A stretch of 63,782 nucleotides of DNA, counting the filler, from Chiloscyllium plagiosum (lineage: Eukaryota): the NCBI RefSeq assembly GCF_004010195.1. It is 5 parts of one record of this genome, joined end to end, with 100 filler letters (N's around TTAATTAATTAA, not from the genome) between each part and the next. Parts side by side here need not be neighbours in the genome. Positions count along the whole stretch, not along the records: positions 37,419 to 51,264 come from NC_057711.1; 4 more parts are not named here. One strand, 5' to 3'. The notes below the pieces were generated by a model that was not told where the DNA came from, did no database searches, and saw only the letters and a program-made list of their open reading frames with translations. Below, one piece after another: positions 37,419 through 51,364 of this stretch. The position numbers and the translations under genes are program-made. Position 1 is the first letter of the stretch; each line of letters begins with the position of its first letter.

Positions 37419-38935
37419 TTAAACCCTGGAACCTGTAACAGCCAATCCTGTCCCTGTTCTACCCATATCTCTGTAATAGCCACAACATTGAAGTCCCAGG
37501 TACCAACCCACGCTGCAAGTTCACCTACCTTATTTCGTATACTTCTTGCATTGAAGTATACACACTTCAAGCCACTTTCCTGTTTACAGGCACTCTCCTT
37601 TGAAATTGATGCCATGTTCCTAAATCCCTACACTCCAGTTCCTGCACCCTAAAGCTACAGTCTGGGTTCCCATGCCCCTGCAGAGTTAGTTTAAACCCCC
37701 GCCAAGAGCACTAGCAAACCTCCCCCCAAGGATACTGGTTCCCCTCAGGTTCAGGTGTAGACCATCCTGTTTATAGAGGTCCCACCGTCCCCAGAAAGAA
37801 CCCCAGTTATCCAAAAACTGGAACCCCTCCCTCCTGCACCATCCCTGAAGCCACGCATTTAATTGTTCTCTCTCCCTATTCCTCGAATCTCTATCACGTG
37901 GCACGGGTAACAATCCAGAGACAACAACTCTGTTCGTTCTAACTCTGAGCTTCCAACCTAGCTCCCTGAAAGCCTGTCTCACTTCCTCGGCACTCCTCCT
38001 ACCTATGTCGTAGGTGCCAAAGTGGACCACGACATCGGGTTGCTCCCCCTCTCCCTCCAGGACCCGGAAAACACGATCAGAGACGTCACGTACCCTTGCA
38101 CCTGGGAGGCAACATACCAAATGTGAGTCTCTCTCGTTCCCACAAAACCGCCTATCTGTGCCACGAACTATCGAGTCCCCCATTACTACTGCTCTGCTCT
38201 TCTTCACCCTTCCCTTCTGAGTAACGGGGACAGGCTCCGTGCCAGAGGCCTGGGCCCCGTTACTTACCCCTGGTAAGTCATCCCTCCCACAAGTATCCGA
38301 AACGGTATACTTGTTCTTGAGGGGAACGGCCGCCGGGGGTCCCTGCACTGTCTGCTTCCTCCCAGTCCCCCTCACTGTCACCCATTTATCTGCCATCTTT
38401 GGAGTTACTACTTCCCTAAAGCTCCGATCTATGATCCCCCTCTGCCTCCCGAATGTTCCTAAGTTCATCCAACTCCAGCTCCAGTTCCCTAACGCGGTCT
38501 TGGAGGAGCTGGAGATGGGTGCACTTCCTGCAAGTGTTATCAGCAGGGACGTCCATGGCATCCCTCACCTCAAACATGTTGCAAGAGGAACATTGCACTG
38601 CCTTCACTGCCATCCCTCTGAAAGTAACCTTTTATATATTAAAAAAAACTGGGTCTAAAGAATACAACAAGCAAAATGCAGCACTTACCTACTTACCACA
38701 ACGGGTCTTATTATTTAGGTTAGAGGAGGAGGGCGGTGGGAGACACTACCTCTGTAGTGCCTCGGGTTCTTCTCCTGCGCGCTTTTAAAGGGAAAAAACC
38801 TACACGGCTGCCCCTCCGGTCTTCGTCACTTCCCCCTGCTGCTCCCGCTCTTTCTGTAAAGAGAGAAAAAAAACACCGCTGCCCGCTACCGGTAAGTAAT
38901 TTTAAAACAAACTGTCTTACCTTAGCTGCTGCTCA
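37419..38935 (-). mobile_element. CR1 5' part: 5'UTR, ORF1 (zinc finger, coiled coil, SGNH esterase; one frameshift) and ORF2 start
   Basis: CSSC..CRKC; GDS..CLPGA..DGLHLN; YFNARSIRNK. Confidence 0.93.
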
Positions 38936-39535
38936 CACTCAATCCACTCACAGAATGTTTCTGCATTTAATTCTGTACTTTGGACCACATCAGCAGTTAT
39001 CATTAGAGTCTGGTGCAAGGACACTTTGCACATAAGGACAGGTGTCCAGCTCTTGGATTGGATCAGACTGCATCCCAGGGCTGTATGCTTGCTCCCTTAG
39101 TGCATACTCAACACCTGGCTGAATACCCACAATATCCCTTCTTTGTTTTGCCTTGTCTACTTGCACCTTGGAGGAGCTTGTTGCAACATTACTTGTAAGT
39201 AATTTAATTGATGACTGTTCTTGTTGATACAAACCTATTTTGCTCCTTATATTCTGGACATACCTTCTTTGTAAATGTGACTGATGGACACAGCCCCAAT
39301 CAGCATGGTCGCCACTGATGCTGCTGTGCAGTGGTACTGGAGGAGTAAATGCTTCAGCAAACCTGCAGCAACCTGCTATAGAACCAGACTACCCTCTGGT
39401 GTAGGCAAAATAATACCACATTAAGAATTTACAAGTCAAGCAGAAGTCATTTATTAACCAAAAGCTTTTGGGAGAAGCATTAGCATGTGAGCTCACCGCA
39501 GTCAGACCTAGCTTCTCACAGATTACAGACAAGTA

Positions 39536-40159
39536 CAGAACAACCTCGTTTATCCGAACAAGGTGGGCAGGGAGTATTTTGTTCAGATATCTAATTGTTC
39601 AGATCTGATCATAAACAAAGGAAGCCTCACGCTGTGCTCTACCAGAGAGTTTGTTTAAATCTATAATTTTGATGAGTCTGCTATTTAAAGAAACTAATCT
39701 TTGCATTTTGCAAATTACAGGTTAAACTGACAAGGACTAAGCCTTTACCATCACATAAACATATGAAATCCCAGCATTAAGCAAGATCCCAAACAGCTTC
39801 TACAATCACAAGAGCATTTGTCAGTTTCCAGAACTCAGTGTTGCGATAGAAAAACAGAAGGATTGCCTCGCTCATGCGTTTACTTTCTCTGCCATTTTTG
39901 TTTCCATGAATGGCCCGGTAAAGTGACAGGAATAAAGCACTTACTTTTGCAAGAGCTGGGTAACTATCCCTTATATAAAAAATATCCAGTCACGTTGCTT
40001 TAGGTGCTTGTGTTCCTTTGTTTATGCCAATGCTTTCATATCTTCTTCAGGACAGGTAATCTGAATTCACTTACCTCGGTGATATAACGAGACTTTGAGA
40101 TCTTGGTCAGATAATCCAAAATTTGGATAATTGATGTTTGGCTAATCAAGGTTGTACTG
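39536..40159. mobile_element. Tigger/pogo-like (Tc1/mariner superfamily) non-autonomous element
   Basis: TA flanks at 39534-39535 and 40160-40161; 25-bp terminal inverted repeats cagaacaacctcgtttatccgaaca / cagtacaaccttgattagccaaaca, 20 of 25 identical. Confidence 0.75.
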
Positions 40160-40519
40160 TACCAAAGTTTATACAGAACCACAAGATAATCACATGAAAC
40201 AGCCTACGTGACACAGATCATGTGCAGTTTGAGTTCAGAAGGTCTTGCCGTTTTGCTTAGAAGCTGGCTGCAGATAAAAAGCAGAAATTATGACTGTTTT
40301 AGCTCTGCTGCATAACTGTGACCACAGAGGTCATCCTGCAATGGTCTGTTTGCAGCAAATCTAGAAGTACATATATTTTAGTTTGCAAAACAAGGCTCAG
40401 TACAAATTTAATTTTAAACTTTCATTTTCCATCTTTAGCCTCCACCACATGATAAGCCTCCACCTATTGATAAGCCTAGACCTGAAAGGACCCCCAGGAT
40501 GCTAAGGATGTCCTGGAAT

Positions 40520-41116
40520 ACTGGGGAGCTGTGTGGGATCTCTCAATTGTCCATGCACAAATGCATCAAGACTGTGATTGATACCATTTGTGCCAAATCA
40601 CACCACTTTATTTTGCTTCTCTGTAATGAAGTCAGTGTTGCTGATGAGCAGTGAAATTCATAGCTGGCTTCCCTGAGATGCAGAGCATCTTTGACTGACC
40701 ACAAGGGGTGTTGAGCGGATCATATCAAAACACAGTGGGATTCATCAATAGATTCCATTCCATTAATGTGCAAGTGATCCATGTTCAATGTTACACTTCT
40801 CAGAGGTATACACCAACTATCCTGGGAGCTGACATAATTCCTACAGCTTTGAGAACTCTCATGTTCCTACTACGTTTGCAGATCCAGATGCTTGATAAGG
40901 ATGGATGCTGGAGGACCAGGGCTGCCTTCTGCAAGCAGGATTAATTATTCCATTCTGCAATTGAGGTAGAGTGCAGATATAATGCAGACCATTATTCCAG
41001 CAGAGTCATGGTGAAGCATGGTGTTTAAGATAAAGTTCTGCTGCTTTGATCTGCAATATACTCTGGACAGTGCATTTCACATAATCCAACCATGCTGTGC
41101 TCTCACAAATGTAGCT
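40520..41116 (+). pseudogene. Harbinger/PIF (HARBI1-like) DDE transposase pseudogene
   Basis: With frameshifts: TGELCGISQLSMHKCI; IAGFPEMQSIFD; FINRFHSINVQ; YPGS*HNS; GWMLEDQG; RYNADH..SR; KFCCFDLQY; CCALTN. Confidence 0.88.
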
Positions 41117-41142
41117 GGCATTGACACAATATGATAATGCTG

Positions 41143-41862
41143 AAGGTCCTAGGGAGTGTTGCTGAACAAAGAGACCTTGGAGTGCAGGTTCATAGCTCCT
41201 TGAAAGTGGAGTCGCAGGTGGATAGGATAGTGAAGAAGGCGTTTGGTGTGCTTTCCTTTATTGGTCAGAGTATTGAGTACAGGAGTCAGGAGGTCATGTT
41301 GCAGCTGGACAGGACATTGGTTAGGCCACTATTGGAATATTGTGCACAATTCAGGTCTCCTTCCTATTGGAAAGATGTTGTGAAACATGAAAGGGTTCAG
41401 AAAAGAGTTACAAGGAAATTGCCAGGGTTGGAGGATTTGAGCTATAGGGAGAGGCTAAACAGGCTGGGGCTGTTTTCCCTGGCATGTCGGAGGCTGAGGG
41501 GTGACCTTATAGAGGTTTACAAAATTATGAGGGGCATGGATAGGATAAATAGACAAAGTCTTTCCCCTGGGGTCGGGGAGCCCAGAACTAGAGGGCATAG
41601 GTTTAGGGTGAGAGGGGAAAGATATAAAAGAGACCTAAGGGACAACTTTTTCACGCAGAAGGTGGTACATGTATGGAACGAGCTGCCAGAGGATGTGGTG
41701 GAGGCTGATACAATTGCAACATTTAAGAGACAGTTGGAGGGGTATATGAATAGGAAGGGTTTGGAGGGATATGGGCCGGGTGCTGGCAGGTGGGACTAGA
41801 TTGGGTTGGGATATCTGGTCGGCATGGGTCTGTTGCCATGCTGTACATCTCTATGACTCTAT
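41143..41862 (+). mobile_element. CR1 (HER1-like) 3' fragment
   Basis: ORF 41131-41799 with RPLLEYC, RLRGDLIEVYK; ctatgact tail. Confidence 0.93.
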
Positions 41863-42234
41863 GGCTGTATAACTGCGAGAGTCAGAGTAATCTTCTGAGA
41901 AGAAGGGAGAGGGCATTTAGCAGGAAGAACATCACCTTATGCATGATGAAGCATAGCTGCGTCAGGAACTATAAAGCAGATAGGACTTAATTGACCTCTG
42001 ATTCCATAGCTGGGTACAGTGAACACTCATTGCCCGTAAAATACATGTTGTTCAACATGTGACAGTTCCTTTATATTCTGGGAGAGAAACACAACCTCTG
42101 TTTGACTTCTGTCCACTTTTAGATGTTTATAAATGAAAGTCAATGTTTTGCATGTTTGAAGGCTTCCCTGTATGTAGTAGCCCCACATTGAAGAATGCTA
42201 GGGTGTTATGCTACAGTGGCATTTGGAAAAGGGT

Positions 42235-42665
42235 ACCTTTGACTTGGAAAGTGGTAAAAGATGGAATGTGGCTATACATTGCTGAGTTGTGTAGCTTGGC
42301 AGATTGCCAGCCATGTCACTCTGTGAGGTAGGAAGAGTTGGGTTATGGGTACTGTGACATTGATGGTGAAAGAAAACTCCAGGCTCCCACTGCTTAACGG
42401 AGTGCACAGCTGGATTCAAAGATGGCACAGAAACTAGGGATGATGGTTTATTTTGGAGAATTCTGGCAGTGGGAAGTTCTTCCAGTTATGGCAAGTAGTA
42501 GAATCAGGCTAAAATTAAGTAGGAGGGGTAAAATGGGAAGGGGTAAGTTGTTAATGAGGTGAGTTTGAAACAATATCAAGAAAAAACTTCCTAGATTTTG
42601 TGAAGAAAACCCTCCATGAAACTCAATGAAAATTACACTTTGCCAAAAAAGAGTAAGATTCAGCC
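42235..42665 (-). mobile_element. Harbinger element end: decayed Myb/SANT gene and terminal repeat
   Basis: gtaagattcagcc at 42653-42665 is identical to 53723-53735; minus strand gives weak SLE..W..TQQC..F..SK|gt. Confidence 0.45.
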
Positions 42666-42864
42666 ATATGGTCATAGAGTTTAGAGATATGGGTTTCATT
42701 TTGAATCTCCCACAGATGTGTTTTGTTATTGTGCATACTCTGGAGAATTGACCCAGCTCGTATGCTCCCTCGGCTGACCAATGCAATATGGGTATGGTCA
42801 ATGATACTGCAGCAGTGTTCTCTACTATTACTTTTGACCTCTTAAGTTCCATTACACCTCAGCT

Positions 42865-43960
42865 TGCCCATAAGGCAAATCAGCCATTCAGCCTATTGTG
42901 TCCGCTTTATTATTCAACAAGATCACGGCTGATCTCAAAATCCTTAACTTCACTTTCCTTCCTCTCTACAACTCTTCTCTCCCCACCACCACCACCACCA
43001 CCAGCTGCCACCATATAACCCTTAATTCCCTTACAGACTAAGAATCTATCTGTCTTAGACTTGAATGTATTTAATGACTCAGCTTCGATTGTCCTATTGG
43101 GTAAAGAATTCCACAGATTCACTACTCTCTGAGAGAAGACATTTCTCCTCATCCCTGTCTTAAATGTGTGATCCGTTACTCTGACATTATGCACACTGGT
43201 CCTAGACTCAGCCATAAGGGGAAACAACCTCTATGCATCTACCCTATCAAGATCCCTAAGAATGTTGTATATTTCAATAAAGTCTCCATTCATTCTTCTA
43301 ATTTTTTCTAAATGAATACTGGCCCAACTTACTCAACTGTTATCAAAAAGACAGTCCCTCCATACCTGGAATCAGTCTAGTGAACTTTCTCTAGACTGCC
43401 TCAAGTGCCAAAATATCTTCTTTTAGATATTTAAATCAAAACTGCTCACAATATTCCAGGTGTGGTTTGTACCTTGTTTCGGTTTTACAAGACCCCTATG
43501 CTCTATTCCCTTTGAAACATTCTAGCATTCCATTTGCCTTCCCAACTATGTTGACAGTATATGCCAGCTTTTTATGATTTATGCACAATAACTCCTAAAT
43601 CTCTGAGTGCCCAAATTTAATACCTTCTACCAAGAAGACGGACGCAAAGTATTTATTCGACTGCTCTGCAATCTCTTGCCTCCCTGTTGTTATTTCCCCA
43701 GCCTCATCCTCTTCGGATCCTTTGTACATGTTGCCCCACTCTTTCTTTTTAAGTATTTAAAAAAAGCTCTTGTTGTCCACCTCAATATTAGTTTTGTACA
43801 AGTTTACCCCCAAAGTTTATTTTCTCCTTTTCTTCATTTGTCATCAGTTGTTGGTTTTTAAAATTTCCCCAACACTCTGGCTTGCCACTGGTTTTTGCCA
43901 GATTGTATGGTTTATTTTCTTTCAATTTAGTGCTATCCTTAACTTCACTGATTAACTATA
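42865..43960 (-). mobile_element. Old CR1 3' fragments, includes (CCA)n at about 42983-43003
   Basis: FSQRVVNLWNSLP..FK...DRFL..KGIKGY. Confidence 0.8.
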
Positions 43961-44989
43961 TCTGAGGACTATTTGTCTTTCCCCTCTCATGCAGCCCACC
44001 AATCCAGGGGCCCACTGCACTCCTTTGAGGAACTAGTGCCCTATCAGCCTCCAAATCAGAAAACCACTTTGTGGGCCGGATACTCAGACGTCCTGTATTA
44101 CCTGTATGATCTCTTGGACTGTCTGACAGCAGCCAGCCTCCCTTTCTGCCTCAAACCCTCTCTGTACGTGACTTCCACATAATTCTCAGCCTTGCAGATG
44201 TGCCACAGTGAGCCCAGACGCCCCTCAAGTGCTAAAATATGGAAGACACCATTCTGCAGTTGGTAGCTCTCCTTGCAATGTGGTTGTCTAGAACACTGGC
44301 AGGGTCCATGACTTCTCACATATTACAAGTTCCACATTCCATTTGACTGAGTTCAGTTGCAATTTCTTAAAATGATTTCCTTTCATTAACTTTCCTCAAT
44401 TTGGATTATTTATATTACTTTATTATGTTAGTTTTGATTTTCACTTGTCCCTGGAATTTCTCAGTTAAGTTCAAATATACCTTCTCCTTTAAAAATTATA
44501 TACTTTGCTATTTTACATGCAATTAGACTTGGTGCCAAAAGGCAGTTTCTTACCAGCCAATAGCTTTACAGATTTTCTCTGACGTCTCCTTTGAGTTTTG
44601 TCACTGACCTTTTAAACAGGGTATGGGGCAGTTCAGCGCTAGTGAGTTGTGTGATTCTCCAACTCCCAGGTCAATGGTGTAAGCCTCAAGACTTGCCCAA
44701 AATCCATAGCTTCCTGCTCCAAATTTCTTCTTCACAGGTCTGGTTTCTTTCTAATTCCTGGTTAAGATTATGCTATCTGTCTCTGGAATTTGGGTTTACC
44801 TGCTTTTGGGTCAAATGGCCTTATTCTGCGCTTTAATTATTCTATGAATCTCTGAAAATTAAGCTTCTGCTTTCTGGTCACTTTACTTGGTGACTCAAGA
44901 ACAGTATTAGCATAGGGAACAGAATCAAATCTCAGATCCAAATCACCAAAAGTGTATACGGTTCTAAGCAATGCCTTCAATGTTCAGAG

Positions 44990-45354
44990 TTAAAAATCAC
45001 ACAACACCAGGTTATAGTCCAATAGCTTTTTATAAAACCTTAAGTTATCACAAGAATGTGACTTAAAAGAAGCTCTGGGATTTACATATTAATGAACCAA
45101 AACCTACAACCCCTTCTAAAAGATGAAAGACTTAACAGCAATCTAGGTTTGTTCAAGATATTATTTCATTTGCATGACACTGTAATCTTCTGCTATAAAG
45201 TCTGTGTCTTATGATCCTGCTCCACAGCTACCTGATGACCGAGCAGCGCTCTGAAAGCTAGTGATTCCAAATAAACCTGTTGGACTATAACCTGGTGTTG
45301 TGTGAGTTTTAACTTTGTCCACCCCAGTTCAACACTGGCTCCTCCACATCATTA
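44990..45354 (+). mobile_element. Penelope terminal-repeat element of a second family, with inverted 5' arm and hammerhead motif
   Basis: Flanking repeat aatgttcagag (44979-44989 and 45355-45365); arm aaaatcacacaacaccaggttatagtcca inverted at about 45281-45310; CUGAUGA-ccgagcagcgcucu-GAAA-GCUA at 45232-45260. Confidence 0.75.
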
Positions 45355-45665
45355 AATGTTCAGAGATTTCCGAAAGATCGTTTTATTGTACAATACAGTT
45401 TTGTACTTGCTCTTAGATATTCATTTTATTTTCATTTTTTAATATAAAAAAAGTTGTTCTCACATTTTTAATGCACTTTGAATGATTTTTATTTTTCAGA
45501 CTTTTAGGACCAAAAGTCTCTACATAAAACATGTAAAAATGAGTCTTTACAGTTTGGTTGGCAAGGCATGTGCTTTTATTTACTGTAATTCCCTTGAGTA
45601 ACAATGCCAGTAATTACATAATTGCCAGACGTCAATGCAGTGAAACATTTTCTAAAGAAAGCTAT

Positions 45666-45920
45666 TTTAATTCCCGACTCAGGCGACTGACTGTGTGGAG
45701 TTTGCACATTCTCCCCGTGTCTGCGTAGGTTTCTCCGGGTGCTCCGGTTTCCTCCCACAGTCCAAAGATGTGCAGGCCAGGTGAATTGGCCATGCTAAAT
45801 TGCCCATAGTGTTAGGTAAGGGGTAAAGGTAGGGGTATGGGTGGGTTGTGCTACGGCGGGGCAGTGTGGACTTGTTGGGCCAAAGGGCCTGTTTCCACAC
45901 TGTAAGTAATCTAATCTAAT
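45666..45920 (+). mobile_element. HE1-type V-SINE, 5'-truncated
   Basis: tgtgtggagtttgcacattctccccgtgtctgcg...gggcctgtttccacactgtaagt(aatct)n. Confidence 0.9.
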
Positions 45921-46611
45921 TAAAAATTGGCATGGTGAACATGGAACAGGTTGATAGAAATTGCATGGCATCCATTTGTGAACTAGAATTCCAATAAATG
46001 GAGTATTACCATGGTATCGTCTCCTGTACCTATATTCAGGTCATGCCTTTGGTCTGTGCAGAATTGGCTCTTGCAGCAGTGTTGCGTCAATATTAAAATA
46101 TCCACTAAGTAGAGCAGTATGTGCTGTTTGCTGGGACCAATACAGGCATTTGGGTTTACATTACTAGGCTGTCAGTTTTGTTAATGTCTCTTCATATGCA
46201 ACACCACCTCTGTTTTCACTAAATCATTCTTTCAGCACATATAGCCTTTAGAACAGCTGATTTCTTCCCCCTCCGCGGCAACTACAAATTATTGAAGTGA
46301 CAGTTTTCTTTAAATTTTGGTGAGAGTCCTCTGCAATCTTGTCCCACAGATCGTTAGGAAAAGTCCACTGTTATGTTCAATTGGGCTCACTATTGCATTC
46401 AGAATATCTCCCATACTCAGCGAAAAGCAACATAAGTGACCTTTTGCTTTAACTACTCTTTGTAATTGCTCAGTGAAGAGATTTTCAACGCAACATGCTA
46501 GATCTGGCTGTAATATGAGATCGTTTCATTAATCAACTGTGTCTTTTTTATGTTTAAAATATATTTTATTCTTTTAAAATATTATTATATAAAGTCACAA
46601 ACACAGTTCAG

Positions 46612-47358
46612 TTGGATGCGAGCATAAGAGGTACAGTTAGTAAATTTGCAGATGACACCAAAATTGGAGGTGTAGTGGACAGCAAAGAGGGTTACCTCAG
46701 ATTACAACAGGATCTTGACCAGATGGGCCAATGGGCTGAGAAGTGGCAGAAGGAGTTTAATTCAGATAAATGCAAGGTGCTGCATTTTGGGAAAGCAAAT
46801 CTTAGCAAGACTTATACACTTAATGGTAAGGTCCTAGGGAGTGTTGCTGAACAAAGAGATCTTGGAGTGCAGGTTCATAGCTCCTTGAAAGTGGAGTTGC
46901 AGGTAGATAGGATAGTGAAGAAGGTATTTGGTATGCTTTACTTTATTGGTCAGAGTATTGAGTACAGGAATCGGGCGGTCATGTTGCGGCTGTACAGGAC
47001 ATTGGTTAGGCCACTGTTGGAATATTGATAGGCAAAGTCTTTTCCCTGGGGTCAGTGAGTCCAGAATTAGAAGGCATAGACTTAGGGTGAGAGGGGAAAG
47101 ATATAAAAGAGACCTAAGGGGCAACTTTTTCACACAGAGGGTGGTATGTGGATGGAATGAGTTGCCAGAGGAAGTGGTGGAGGCTGGTACAATTGCAACA
47201 TTTAAGAGGCATTTGGATGGGTACATGAATAGGAAGGGTTTGGAGGGATATGGGCCAGGTGCTGGCAGGTGGGACTAGATTGGGTTGGGATATCTGGTCG
47301 GCATGGATGGGTTGGACCGAAGGGTCCGTTTCCATGCTGTACATCTCTATGACTCTAT
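46612..47358 (+). mobile_element. CR1 (HER1-like) 3' fragment with an internal deletion near 47025
   Basis: SKFADDTK..RPLLEY joined directly to DRQSLFPGV; ctatgact tail. Confidence 0.93.
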
Positions 47359-48269
47359 ATCAAGGAAACAAACTAACATTGGAGTTTGACTCACTCCAAA
47401 CAAAACAAAGGTATCTTGACCCAGACTATATTGACACACATTTAAGGCACCGGGAGAGCTCGATAACTGAATGGACTCTGATACCTGAACTGGAGAGGGA
47501 CCTGTTTCAGTGGGTTTTTCCTCATTGGCAGCTGTCCCAAGCTTTGATCTGCATTAATCAACTGTTTCTGTTTCTGGTTGACATATCAGTGGCAAAAAGA
47601 TTTTGATTCTCCCTGATGGTCTCTTCTTTTCTTTATGTTCGATAAATTAACCGTAGTTCAGGTGATAGCCATAAAATAAAGGCAACATGATACTTTTTGG
47701 GAAAATAGAGCTTGAGCTGCATGACTCTGGCCTGACGGCTACAAACCCACAGCAGACAAAGTAACAAAGCATACCCGCTCCGTGCATACTTACTTTAATC
47801 AATAATCCTGCACATTTCTCAGATAACCAAGAATGCTGTCACTTCAAGGGATTGGGCATTCTGAATGTAGCATTTGAAAAGATTTTCTGCACATATCAAA
47901 GAAGCTTATTTTTCTCTCCTAAGAGTTGGACTGTTTTCAAATTTTTTTTGAAAATCGACGCTTCAATAAAGCTTTTACTTGCATTTCAGATGCAAGATTA
48001 ATGTCATAATCATAGTTCAGGTTGTTAGCTGGAGCACAAAATGTGCACACTATTAAAAGTACAAGTGAAAATGTGTGGGAAGATAAACATTGAAATGACA
48101 GGTTGATGTGTAACTGCAAAGTGGTTTTGTATAAGGCTAGAATGTATTGCCTATTCTAAATTGATCTATAAGGTGGAGGTAGTGATCCACCTTATAAGTG
48201 GAGGTCATCCCAAAGTGCTGTTCCAGGACTCTAGATTCATAAGTTCATACACCACAGAAAGTGCTCATC

Positions 48270-49020
48270 CAAATACTTTTGAAAGGTTGTATGGCTTCCA
48301 CTACTTTCTCAAATGGTGCCTTCCAGATTCTCATCACCAGCTGAGTGAAAATGTTTCTTCCTAAATCCCCTCTGTATCTCCTGTCCTTTATCCTAATTCT
48401 ATGCCCTCAACCAAAGGGAACAGCTGCTCCCTAATCACCCTGTCCATACCCCTCATAACCTTATACACCTCAGTTATGTGTGCGTTTGGTGTACTCTGCT
48501 CTAAAGAAAACAATCCAAGCCTATCTAGTCTCTCTTTATAGCTCACTGTCTCCACCCTGGTGTATCTCCTCTATACTGTCTCTAGTGCTATCACATCCTT
48601 CCTATCGTGAGGTGACTAGAACTGCACACAGTCCTCCAGCTGTGGTCTAACCAATGCTCTAAACGACTCCCACATTACCTCCTTACTCTTATACTCTATG
48701 CCACGACATATGAAAACAAGTCTCCCATATCCCTTCTTAACTATCCTATTGATGTACTCTGTTGACTTCAGAGATCTGTGAATAATCACCCCAAGATCCC
48801 TCTGTTGTTTTAAGCTACCCAGCATTCTGCCATTCATTAAGTATTCCCTCATCTTGTTTCTTCCAAATTGCATCATTTCGCACTTATCGGGATTAAATTC
48901 CATCTGCCACTCATCTGCCCATCTGACCAGCCCATCCATTTCTTCCGGTAACCTACAACCACCTTCTTTGTTATTAACCATGCTACCAATCTTGGTGTCG
49001 CCTGCAAATTTGCTTAACCT
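48270..49020 (-). mobile_element. Old CR1 3' fragment
   Basis: WQMEFNPDKC..RALVRPQLEDCVQF. Confidence 0.85.
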
Positions 49021-49537
49021 TCCTCAGCATGATGGAGGAACCATTACATCCTTCCACATCAGGATGGATTGTGACATGTAGGAAAACTTTGAGCACATTA
49101 TTTTCCCTTGCATTTTCTGTATTTATCTTTCTAAGTGATGGATTTCTTGGGTTTCAAAAGTGTGGTCAAAAATGCTTTGGTCAGTTGTTGCTATACAATG
49201 TTTAAATGGTGCAACAGTGGCAGAGGGATAGATGTTTAAAGAGTTGGATGAAGTGCCTGAAGTTATATTGTCCTGAATAGTGCTGAGTATTGCTGGAGCT
49301 GCATGTGGGGCTTCATCCAGGACACTACTGACTCGTTTGTGCCTCATAAATGAAGTTCATACAATTTGGATTCAGGAAGTGAGATTTTCCTACAGAATTC
49401 CCAGCCTCTGATTCCCTTGTAGTGAAGTATTTATGGAGCTCATTCAACAGCTTTGGCCAATAGTAATTCCTGTTGGTGGGAGACTCACCAAGATTTATGT
49501 TGTTGAATGCTAAAGGGAAACGGTTTGCTGCCCTCCT

Positions 49538-51264
49538 ATAGACAATAGACAATAGGTGCAGGAGTAAGCCATTCTGCCCTTCGAGCCAGCACCATCATTC
49601 ATTATGATCATGGCTGATCATCTCAATCAGTATCCTGTCCCTGCCTTACCCCCATAACCCTTGATTCCACTATCCTTAAGAGCTCTATCCAACTCTTTCT
49701 TGAAAGTATCCAGAGACTTGGCCTCCACAGCCTTCTGGGGCAGAGCATTCCATATATCCACCATTCTCTGGGTAAAGAATTTTCTCCTCAACTCTGTTCT
49801 AAGTGTCCTACCCCTTATTTTTAAACTGTGTTCTCTGGTTCGGGACTCACCCATCAGTGGAAACATGCTTCCTGCCTCCAGAGTGTCCAATCCTTTAATA
49901 ATCTTATACGTCTCAATCAGATCCCCTCTCAGCCTTCTAAACTCAAGTGTATACAAGCCCAGTCGCTCCAATCTTTCAGCATAAGACAGTTCCGCCATTC
50001 CGGAAACTATCTCGTGAACCTACGCTGCACTCCCTCAATAGCTAGAATGTCTTTCCTCAAATTTGGAGACCAAACCTGTGCACAATATTCCAGATGTGGC
50101 CTCACCAGGGCACTGTACAGCTGCAGAAGGACCTCTTTGCTTCTATACTCAATTCCTCTTGTTATGAAGGCCAGCATGCTATTAGCTTTCTTCACTGTCT
50201 GCTGTATCTGCATGCTGGCTTTTATTGACTGATGTACAAGAACACCTAGATCTCGTTGTACTGCCCCTTTACCTAAGTTGACTCCATTTAGGTAGTAATC
50301 TGCCTTCCTGTTCTTGCCACCAAAGTAGATAACCACACGTTTATCCACATTAAACTGCCTCTGCCATGCGTCCGTCCACTCACCTAGCCTGTCCAGGTCA
50401 CCCTGTATTCTCCTAGCATCCTCCTCACATTTCACCCTGCCACCCAGCTTTGTGTCATCAGCAAATTTGCTAATATTACTTTTAATTCCTTCATCTAGAT
50501 CATTAATGTACATTGTAAAAAGCTGCGGTCCCAGCACTGATCCCTGCGGCACACCACTGGTCACCTGCCATTCCAAAAGGAGCCGTTTCTCACTACTCTT
50601 TGTTTCCTGTCAGCCAACCAATTTTCAATCCATGTCAGTATTTTGCCCCTAACACCATGTGCCCTAATTTTGCTCACTAACCTCCTATGTGGGACTTTAT
50701 CAAAGGCTTTCTTAAAGTACAGGTATACTACATCCACTGGATCTCCCTTGTCCATCTTCAGACTTACATCCTCAAAAAATTCCAGAAGATTAGTCAAGCA
50801 TGATTTCCCCTTCATAAATCCATGCTGACTCTGACCTATCCTGTTACTGCTATCCAGATATGTCATAATTTTGTCCTTTATAAATGACTCCAGCATTTTT
50901 CCCACCACTGAGGTCAGATTAACTGGTCTATAATTTTCTGTTTTCTCTCTCCCTCCTTTCTTAAAAAGTGGGACAACATTAGCCACCCTCCAATCCACAG
51001 GAACTGATCTTGTATCTATAGAACATTGGAAAATGATCACCAATACATCCACCATTTCTCGAGCCACCTCCTTCAGTACCCTGGGATGTAGACCATCAGG
51101 TCCCGGGGACTTATCAGCCTTCAGACCTAACAGTCTCTCCAACACCATTTCCTGCCTAATATAAATTCCCTTCAGTTCAGGTCCTTCAGTCACTATTACA
51201 TCTTGGAGATTGCTCGTGTCTTCCCCAGTGAAGACAGATCTAAAGTACCAATTCAACTCTTCTG
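49538..51264 (-). mobile_element. Young CR1 ORF2 RT and 3' end, cut by a gap (same subfamily as 17806)
   Basis: ORFs 50561-51256, 50007-50576, 49627-49998; (ttgtcta)n tail. Confidence 0.95.
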
Positions 51265-51364
51265 NNNNNNNNNNNNNNNNNNNNNNNNNNNNNNNNNNNN
51301 NNNNNNNNTTAATTAATTAANNNNNNNNNNNNNNNNNNNNNNNNNNNNNNNNNNNNNNNNNNNN

